Notes under the pieces: model-generated
Told to the model about the DNA's origin: nothing
The model's input: only the letters and a program-made list of their open reading frames with translations
Databases searched by the model: none
NCBI GenBank assembly: GCA_051871795.1
Contig: JBJEDE010000033.1
Location: 16,354-80,353, forward strand
DNA length: 64,000 nt
Reading direction: 5' to 3'
From: Muribaculaceae bacterium
Lineage (GTDB): Bacteria; Bacteroidota; Bacteroidia; Bacteroidales; Muribaculaceae
Made by a program: the position numbers and the translations under genes
Part shown: positions 57,599-64,000 of the stretch, piece by piece
How the letters are laid out: every line of letters starts with the position of its first letter
Position numbering within the stretch: the first letter of the stretch is position 1

Positions 57599-58414
57599 TT
57601 ATTTCAATAGTTTTCTATCGTTGTTGCCGCTCTCCAAGATGCTCATCTGATGGATTGCGATTTGGTTCAGCTTCACGAGCCGCTCGCTTTGCGTCATTCC
57701 TTGCTCGATGAAAACAGCATTGAGGTTTTCCATATTCGACAGGCAGATAAGTTCGTTGATAGTAGCATAGTCGCGAATATTCCCTTTGAGGTCCGGATTG
57801 GCCTCGCGCCATTGCTTTGCCGTCACACCGAACATCGCCACATTCAGCACATCGGCTTCGTTGGCGTAGATGATGCTCGCCTGAGCTGGAGTAACCTCCG
57901 CAGGGACAAGGTTCTGCTTTATGGCATCGGTGTGTATAAGGTAGTTGATTTTCGACAACTCACGTTTCGCCGACCATCCCAACAACCGCTGTTCCTCAGC
58001 CTTTAACCTCTGAAATTCCTCTATAAGATATAATTTGAACGGCACACTTATGGCAGACCCGAATTCAAAGGCTATATCCTTGTGTGCATAGGTGCCTCCA
58101 TACCGACCTTTCTTTACTATTATGCCGATTGCATTCGTGCGCTCTATCCATTCTGATGCGCTCAAAACAAAAGAAGGCAAACCTGCGCTCATTTTAAAGT
58201 GGTCAAATTCGACCACTTTAAAATGAGGGTTATGAATCACCTCCCAGGTGCCAAGAAATTCAATTGTGTAGCGGTTTCGTAACCAGTTCTTGATTATGTC
58301 GGCGGAGCGGTTATCTCCCTCTTTGGCCGTAGCCATATCAGTGAGAGATATATAATCCTGTTTCTCTACCGAGAGAATAGTGATAGGTGTGTTTTGAACT
58401 GTAATCTTTGCCAT
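57599..58414 (-). CDS. KilA-N domain-containing protein
   Basis: 271 aa. 'YISLTDMATAKEG...IKNWLRNRYTIEFLGTWE...GGTYAHKDIAFEFGSAISVPFKLYLI' is the KilA-N DNA-binding fold pattern common in Bacteroidales mobile DNA. AT-rich. Confidence 0.75.
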   Translation of the reverse strand: MAKITVQNTPITILSVEKQDYISLTDMATAKEGDNRSADIIKNWLRNRYTIEFLGTWEVIHNPHFKVVEFDHFKMSAGLPSFVLSASEWIERTNAIGIIVKKGRYGGTYAHKDIAFEFGSAISVPFKLYLIEEFQRLKAEEQRLLGWSAKRELSKINYLIHTDAIKQNLVPAEVTPAQASIIYANEADVLNVAMFGVTAKQWREANPDLKGNIRDYATINELICLSNMENLNAVFIEQGMTQSERLVKLNQIAIHQMSILESGNNDRKLLK

Positions 58415-58505
58415 TGTTTCAGATACGGTCTATATGCCAATACGCTAAGTTACACATTTTCGCTGACATCCGGCGTATTCCCTTGAAATTTAGTCTCTTT
58501 GTTGT

Positions 58506-60260
58506 TTAGTTATAAATGTTGCTGAAAAACGTCCATGCGCCTGCCGCGACAATTAATATCAATATTATGTATACAAGGACTCGGAGACATGATTCTTTCT
58601 TTTCCTCGGGTGTGGTGTTATCGCCTTCCTCGGATGTCGTGTTATCGTCTTCCGCGGGTGTCGTGTTGACGTCTTGGATATGAGTCGTGATGAAGAAGGG
58701 AAATACGGCCGACTCTACGCCGTTGATTGTGAAGCGTATGGCGTAACGTCCGTTTGGTAAGGGAGAGCGGTTGAATTTGAGCCTGTTCAGTTCGAGAGTG
58801 CCGGAGCTGCTGACGCGGTGGTTGACTGTTTCAGAGCATTGCACCTGATGCAAGGAGCCTATTGAATATGTGTATATCTTATAAGAAATTTCGACCACGT
58901 CGACAGCCGATGCAAGGGTGTAGCTGATGCGCGGTTCGATGTAGGAGGGCAGAGGCTCGGGCGCGTAAGTCTCTCCGTCTGCGCCTTTGCGGTCGGCAGG
59001 GTCATGGAAGAAGTCCACGTCGGTGATTGTCAGCGGCGAGACTGATGATATGGGTCTCTTGACACTGAATGTTTTGCTCGTGCGTTTGCCCTCGCCCCAG
59101 AGTATTTCGATGCGCCAAGAGCCTTCGGTCAGAAAAGCTGTGCCTTGTTCCGAACCTATGGCTTTGAGCCGCACGGTGTCGCCTTTGATAAACGAGACTG
59201 TCTGCATTGCGGTGAATCCGCCCTCTCTTCCGGCGGGGGCTATCATGTTGCCGTTAGGGTCGCAGACTTTGATTCTGAGCTTCACGTCGCGGCGCGTCAC
59301 CGCAGGTGAAGAGGAGAAAATTTCGATTACGGGGGTGATGTATTGCGTAGTGGTTGTCGTCGTCCGTTGAGTGGGATTGCCGTCGGCGTCGCCGGCGATG
59401 ATGTCGGTGATGCGTATGCTGATGTCCGACAAGCCGGAGTCGGCCGCCGGGGTGATGTCAAATTCTTTGGTGAGATGCAGCCTGCCGTTGGCATATACGA
59501 GCATTTTGTAATGGCCGGCGGCCAACATCGCACAGTTGCCGAAGGGATTGAGAGTCAGACTGCCGCTGCCGCTCTCGGCGGTACACTCGTTGACGCTGAT
59601 GGCAACTTCTGTGCCCGTAGCCTTGACCAGCCGGCAGGTGATTTTCCACTTCGAGCCCACGACAGTTGTGCGGTAGCTGACGGTAGGGCGGAGCATTTCG
59701 GTGCCCTGTGGTACGGCGGCGCACGATGAGCTCAACACCGAGCCTCGCCGGTTGAGGATATCGATGCCGGCGTCGTTGATTTGCAGTATCGGACGCCCTC
59801 CGGCCGGTGGAGGCGGAGGAGGCGTCGAGGGACCTGATGATGTGTTGTTGTCTGATGGCGTATGTGTCTGAGTGCGCTGATTATCTCGCGGAGCGGCATT
59901 TCGGTCTGAGCCCGAGCCCCCGGGATCGGCATTGCGTTGGCCGCCTGCGTTGCCCGATTGGGGAAACCGCAGCAGCAGCTCGGTGCGGAACTGCCGGTAA
60001 TCGGCCTCGTTCACGGTGTAGATATTTGCCGCCACGCCTCGGAAACGCTGGATTTGTGTCTTGAGGTCGGGGAGGTTGCCGTGGCGCTCGTCGTTGCGCA
60101 CGAGCACGTCGATTTGCTTGTCGGCCCGGCGTGAAAGCTCTTCCGAAAATTCGTTGTCGCGCCATGCGTTGTTGAGAAAATCAAACGCGGCGCCCTCCTC
60201 GGCCGAAAGTTGCTTGCGGCATTTGTCGATGTAGGCCGACGAGGAGAGCCAATGCTCCAT
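58506..60260 (-). CDS. 584-aa tail-anchored protein of unknown function, immediately downstream of the Hsp70 paralog
   Basis: Start set at MEHWLSS (60260), because the ORF-track extension overlaps the Hsp70 C-terminus. Order of parts: helical N-domain, Gly/Pro/Asn-rich spacer (PPPPPP), repeated beta-rich modules, acidic Thr-rich spacer, one C-terminal TM 'VLVYIILILIVAAGAWTFF'. Confidence 0.7.
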   Translation of the reverse strand: MEHWLSSSAYIDKCRKQLSAEEGAAFDFLNNAWRDNEFSEELSRRADKQIDVLVRNDERHGNLPDLKTQIQRFRGVAANIYTVNEADYRQFRTELLLRFPQSGNAGGQRNADPGGSGSDRNAAPRDNQRTQTHTPSDNNTSSGPSTPPPPPPAGGRPILQINDAGIDILNRRGSVLSSSCAAVPQGTEMLRPTVSYRTTVVGSKWKITCRLVKATGTEVAISVNECTAESGSGSLTLNPFGNCAMLAAGHYKMLVYANGRLHLTKEFDITPAADSGLSDISIRITDIIAGDADGNPTQRTTTTTTQYITPVIEIFSSSPAVTRRDVKLRIKVCDPNGNMIAPAGREGGFTAMQTVSFIKGDTVRLKAIGSEQGTAFLTEGSWRIEILWGEGKRTSKTFSVKRPISSVSPLTITDVDFFHDPADRKGADGETYAPEPLPSYIEPRISYTLASAVDVVEISYKIYTYSIGSLHQVQCSETVNHRVSSSGTLELNRLKFNRSPLPNGRYAIRFTINGVESAVFPFFITTHIQDVNTTPAEDDNTTSEEGDNTTPEEKKESCLRVLVYIILILIVAAGAWTFFSNIYN

Positions 60261-60342
60261 TTTTATTTTGAAAATCCTTGGATTCACAGTCGAAAGGTTG
60301 AGAGTGAGCGGATAGTGAGCGGATGTAGGAGCTGCCGGAGCG

Positions 60343-61908
60343 TTACTGTATGTTGTAGTTGTCGAAACCGGCGCGTTTCGAGTCGATTTCGGCGCGGGTG
60401 CGCACACCGTTGATGTGGAGCACGAAGTCGAGACGGTCGTTGTCGACGCAGGCCGTGACGGAGAGCACGCCTTCCGCATCGATGGTGAAGGTGACTATGA
60501 CAGGAGTCTGTGCCGGCCATTTTTTAGTGAGCCGGAGCGCGTGATCGTCGATGAGGGTGCAGTATCTGTCGTCGACGATTGCGCCGGAAGCGGGGTCGGT
60601 GAAGTCGCTTTCGAAGACTTTCATCGACACGGCAGCCTGATTGTCGGTTGTGGTGTAGAATGTGAGTTTCTGCGACACCGGGAGAGTGGTGTTGGCAAAA
60701 ATCATGTTGCGCACTTTTTTCCCTTCCATGTCGGTGCCGTAGGTTTTGGATGTCACGTTCACCACGTTCATGCCGTCGGTTGCCGACATGGGGGTGTCGT
60801 TGTCGGGCGAAGCGGCTGATGACTCTTCTTCGAGTTTATATTTCGCGAAAAGGGCGGCGCCTTTTGCCACGCACTGATTGGGGTCGGAGAATCTGGCGTC
60901 GACGTCAAACTCGGCGTCGACTCTCGTTTTGACCTGCGGCATGAGCGACGAACCGCCTACAAGCAGAAACTCGTCGATGTGCCCGTAGCCTTTCTTCTCG
61001 GCTATTTCGAGAGTCTTGCGGGTGTAGTTGACAGTCTCTTCGAGCAGGCTTTCGGTGAGAGCGTCGAAGAGCTCGCGGTCAAATTCAATCTTTGCCGGAC
61101 GGCCCTCGTACTGGAAGTTGGCGCGGGTCGACATTCTTGCCGTGAGGCGTTTTTTTTGTTCTTCGGCGATGTTGAGGAAGAAATTGCGTACGGCTGGCTC
61201 GTCGATAGAGTATGAGGTGGAGTTTTTCTCGTTGAAGACATCGAGGAGAAATTTGGCAAGCTCCATGTCCCAGTCTGTGCCTCCGAGGTGGTGGTTTCCT
61301 CCGGTTGCGATGACGCGTATCGAGTTGCCCTCGACGCGGATGATGGTGACGTCGAAAGTGCCTCCGCCGAGGTCGTAGACAAGCACGGTCTTTTGGTCGC
61401 CGGTGCGCACGCCGTAGGCTATTGCGGCCGCCGTGGGCTCGTTGATAACAGCGAGGACGTTGAGACCGGCCAGTTCGCCGGCCTGTCGGGTCTGCAGCCG
61501 GGCTTTCTGTCCGAAGTAGGCCGGGCAGGTGATGACGACGTTGGTGGTGGGCTGCTCGCACTGTCCTTGCGAATTGGCGTCGTTGACGAGCTTTCGGAGG
61601 ATGAATGATGAAATTTCGGCCGGGTCGTAGCCGTATGGCAGGCCGTTGCGGGTCTTGTCGAAGTCGGCGTCGACGCCCATGCGCCGTTTCACTAAGGCTA
61701 CGGTGTTTTGCGGGTCGATGGCGAGCATGCTTTTGGCCTCTTTGCCGACGATGATGTCGGTTTGTGATTCGAAATACACTACCGACGGCGTGGTGGACTC
61801 GCCTTCGAGACTTTCGAGTACCATAGGCTGCCCGTATTTGTCGAGTTGGGCTATGCAGCTGTAGGTTGTGCCCAGGTCGATTCCGTAGACTGCTTGTGCG
61901 TTATCCAT
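60343..61908 (-). CDS. Non-canonical Hsp70-family ATPase (NBD plus beta-sandwich SBD, no helical lid)
   Basis: 521 aa. 'YGIDLGTTYSCIA', 'VLVYDLGGGTFDV', 'LLVGGSSLMPQV' and SBD-beta-like 'VIVTFTIDAEGVLSVTA'. Confidence 0.85.
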   Translation of the reverse strand: MDNAQAVYGIDLGTTYSCIAQLDKYGQPMVLESLEGESTTPSVVYFESQTDIIVGKEAKSMLAIDPQNTVALVKRRMGVDADFDKTRNGLPYGYDPAEISSFILRKLVNDANSQGQCEQPTTNVVITCPAYFGQKARLQTRQAGELAGLNVLAVINEPTAAAIAYGVRTGDQKTVLVYDLGGGTFDVTIIRVEGNSIRVIATGGNHHLGGTDWDMELAKFLLDVFNEKNSTSYSIDEPAVRNFFLNIAEEQKKRLTARMSTRANFQYEGRPAKIEFDRELFDALTESLLEETVNYTRKTLEIAEKKGYGHIDEFLLVGGSSLMPQVKTRVDAEFDVDARFSDPNQCVAKGAALFAKYKLEEESSAASPDNDTPMSATDGMNVVNVTSKTYGTDMEGKKVRNMIFANTTLPVSQKLTFYTTTDNQAAVSMKVFESDFTDPASGAIVDDRYCTLIDDHALRLTKKWPAQTPVIVTFTIDAEGVLSVTACVDNDRLDFVLHINGVRTRAEIDSKRAGFDNYNIQ

Positions 61909-62133
61909 GGGGTTGATAGATTGAGAGGAATGCGTCAGGGCGGTCTTTTTCTGCCGCTTTCAGCAAATGAAGCGAGGAATAGAGATTATGACTGTTGCGC
62001 GCTTTATTGTCCGAAGCATGACAGAGGTTCTGACCGCCTTGATGCAGGTAAGATATAAAATTAAGATTATTTACAGATCATTGACGTTGGCCGGCCGGAG
62101 CCGGGAGCAGATTGTTGAGGTGGGTATTGCTGT

Positions 62134-62430
62134 TCAGAATATCACTTTGGTTGTCTTGCCGCCGCGGCGCATGATGTAAATGCCCGATTCGGGATTCTCG
62201 ACGCGGATGCCTTGCAGATTGTAATATTCCGCTTTGTCGTTATCGTCGGCTTCGACAGCTCCGATGCCGGTAGTGTCCACTTTGAGACATTCAATTTTGA
62301 TGTTGTTGAGACGCCGTTGTCAGCGACTGTTTCTTCTGTGATTACGGGATTGGGCAGCCATACCACAGCGTTGGCGCCTAAGAGACCGCCAAGAAGCATT
62401 GAGGCGGCGAGAAGTAATTTTTTTCTTCAT
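62134..62430 (-). pseudogene. Frame-disrupted remnant of a small T9SS-cargo gene (signal peptide plus T9SS CTD)
   Basis: ATG followed by an A7 run. The signal peptide 'LLLAASMLLGGLLGANA' is in frame 2. The CTD 'EYYNLQGIRVENPESGIYIMRRGGKTTKVIF*' is in frame 1, after a frame-1 TGA. Confidence 0.6.
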
Positions 62431-62662
62431 TGATTTTTGATTGGTTATTGTAACTATTGGATTGAAATCTTTAAATGTAGTGTCGGCACTTGCCTTTGTC
62501 ACGGTAATGTCCGAATTCAGGAGCGGTAAGTGAGGAGAAAAGTCATAATTACCGATTATTCAGCAAATTTAGTGATTTTTATGCTGGTTTAGTTGTATTT
62601 GTCAATTAAAAATTGTTAATCGCGGCTGTTGTGACGATTTGTCGGTTGATTCTGAGAGCGTG

Positions 62663-63229
62663 TCAGGATTTGCTGAGCTTGTATACGGTTACAGTGGCTT
62701 GACGCAGTATTTTCCCGTTTTGCCCGGAATAGTATCCGTGAGCAACCGCCGATGCGATTTTTCCATCAAGCGTAGCATCGTCGGTAGGGACTGACTGTAC
62801 GCAATTGTGCTTCGCACGGTCGAATCGTTCCATCGGTAGCGGCATTATTGCCGTGGTATTGAAGTCTTCGGCAAGAATGTCGGTGACGAACTCGGAGAGA
62901 TACTCCACTTGCTGCATAAGTCGGTCATATTCAGGATTGTCGAGCACGATAGTGTCGGAGCTGTCGCTTTGGAGCTGTTTGACGCGAGTGTCGATTTTGA
63001 TTATGGCCTGCAGCAGAGTGTTACGCAGTTCGGCAATCATATTGTTGCGCATCTCGCTCATGTCGGCGTGGAGATTTCGGATTGTCTCGTCCTTTGCGAT
63101 TGACTTTTGCAGCATTTGCTCGATTCTGTCGAGACGGGAGGCAATTGCGTCGTCACGCTGTGTGTCGGTCTGAGTTGCTGAAGCTGTCGCTGAAATGTCG
63201 GAAGAGGGTATGTTTTGATTGGTTTCCAT
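62663..63229 (-). CDS. Divergent GrpE-like nucleotide-exchange factor
   Basis: 188 aa from METNQ. Long N-terminal helix, then 'ERFDRAKHNCVQSVPTDDATLDGKIASAVAHGYYSGQNGKILRQATVTVYK', which follows the GrpE C-terminal pattern (FDP..HEA....G.I..V...GY.....LRPA.V.V). Confidence 0.6.
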   Translation of the reverse strand: METNQNIPSSDISATASATQTDTQRDDAIASRLDRIEQMLQKSIAKDETIRNLHADMSEMRNNMIAELRNTLLQAIIKIDTRVKQLQSDSSDTIVLDNPEYDRLMQQVEYLSEFVTDILAEDFNTTAIMPLPMERFDRAKHNCVQSVPTDDATLDGKIASAVAHGYYSGQNGKILRQATVTVYKLSKS

Positions 63230-63252
63230 ATGCGCAACATTGAATTTTGCAC

Positions 63253-63260
63253 CAAAGATA
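63253..63260 (-). promoter_or_regulatory. -7 promoter box (TATCTTTG) for the GrpE-like gene
   Basis: TAnnTTTG, 24 nt upstream of the ATG at 63229. Confidence 0.45.
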
Positions 63261-63306
63261 AAGAAAATATTCGATATATGCAACAGTCTGCAACTTTGCA
63301 GCCTAA

Positions 63307-63338
63307 GAGCCGGTTCGACAATAAATGTTAACGTCAGG
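63307..63338 (-). repeat. Copy 3 of the 32-bp repeat (cctgacgTtaacatttattgtcgaaccggctc), flanked by TTA
   Basis: 31/32 identical to 14152-14183. It lies 156 bp 3' of the transposase stop, in the same orientation. Confidence 0.9.
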
Positions 63339-63493
63339 GCGGTCAATCGTTGAGTGATTTTTCTTTAGCTCTTGAGGGAGCGATGGGGTTCCATCGTGAC
63401 CGAAAGAGATGAAGGAAAGCGCCAACGAGTGGCCGGGGTGAAGGTAACTTACGTCCCGTCAAATAAATATGTGAAGCATAATATGGCAGTTGG

Positions 63494-64000
63494 TCAACAG
63501 TAGCGGAGCATAAAAAGTATCGCGGCAAGATTTGTCATTGCCCGTGCAGACGACAGACAGCGTTCGTAATTCCGGCATAGTCGCCGATAGTTTTCGGGCC
63601 ATGAGTCAGTACGTTCCACCACCCGACGGCCTGACAGGGGGCGAACTTCCGCTGTGCCGGAATTGGATTTCACACATTCGACGATGCATCCGTCAAGTCC
63701 GGAACCGACATCACAATATCCTTTGTCCGCTTTGACCAAAGACACTGATTGATAGTATAACCGCATATCTTTCAATAGCAGATACACGCCTTTCACTTTC
63801 TTGAAGCCATCAACTCCCTTTTGTGACTGCGCATATCCTGAACGGACGCTCCGGCTGTCGGTGACGACGACTGTAGGCCGTGGCTTTCGCCCCGTCTTGC
63901 GGCGAACTTCCGCAACCGGCCTGCGCAGAAAAAACACGAGATTTGTCGATTCGCTCCACTTGCGGAAATGGTAATATACAGTAGCGGGCGGTGGATAATA
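63494..64000 (-). mobile_element. IS5-family (DDE_Tnp_1) transposase gene, C-terminal ~168 codons; the ORF continues past the window end
   Basis: 'YPPPATVYYHFRKW', 'VVVTDSRSVRS...GFKKVKG', 'ADKGY' and 'RRVVERTDSWPENYRRLCRNYERCLSSARAMTNLAAILFMLRY' match IS5-family transposases. The 'M' at 63937 in the ORF track is an internal GTG, and the frame stays open to 64000. Confidence 0.8.

Noticed and set aside
58506-60260. A possible degenerate J-domain in the N-terminus of the Hsp70-linked protein ('RNDERHGNLPD').
   Set aside because: There is no HPD tripeptide and no recognisable helix II/III pattern by eye. I am not prepared to call it a J-domain without a profile search.
60261-60479. The upstream extension of the tail-anchored protein ORF (MRKACSPSRPAS...).
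   Set aside because: It overlaps the Hsp70 C-terminus in another frame and is low-complexity. The first ATG after the Hsp70 stop (60260) is the more sensible start.

Overview
This 64-kb window looks like chromosome from a fairly GC-rich member of the Bacteroidota, probably Bacteroidales. That placement is an inference from three observations: many genes are preceded by the Bacteroidetes -7 promoter box TAnnTTTG, three ORFs end in type IX secretion (T9SS) C-terminal sorting domains, and the gene content and order fit the phylum. Most of the window is housekeeping. Recognisable genes are guaD, rpsO, metK, a cyclophilin, an M16 peptidase, dgt, guaA, lon, alaS, der, era, fabH, rpmF, yceD, fabD, tatAC, trxB, ftsK, rpe, ribE, a GH31 glycosidase and tRNA-Gln(CUG). 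There are no rRNA genes and no CRISPR array.

The accessory or unusual parts are:
1. At 58.5-63.2 kb, a lid-less Hsp70 paralog and a divergent GrpE-like gene sit with a 584-aa tail-anchored protein. I see no J-domain protein nearby. A KilA-N gene, a second orphan membrane protein and an IS5-family transposase are adjacent. This is my best candidate for an undescribed system.
2. At 16.9-22.2 kb, an AT-rich six-gene operon encodes GNAT, ACP, SDR, a stand-alone adenylating ligase, LuxE and LuxC, with no polysaccharide genes around it.
3. At 27.4-31.5 kb, a MerR regulator, a cytoplasmic FGE/SUMF1-domain protein and a UvrD-type helicase carrying an embedded DEDDh exonuclease form a tight gene string.
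4. At 26.2-27.3 kb, an AT-rich HigB/Gp49-like toxin and XRE antitoxin pair lies next to a truncated Crp-like fragment.

Smaller oddities:
- A TPR/LuxR-type regulator is split by one in-frame TAA.
- metK has a structured leader of about 155 nt.
- A 32-bp repeat is present three times with TNA flanks.
- Two convergent intergenic regions carry 9-bp-period tandem repeats.
- A T9SS-CTD gene remnant is frame-disrupted.

All calls come from reading the translations and the DNA by eye. No database search was run. Some 'M' starts in the ORF track are GTG or TTG codons, and I trimmed several N-terminal extensions.
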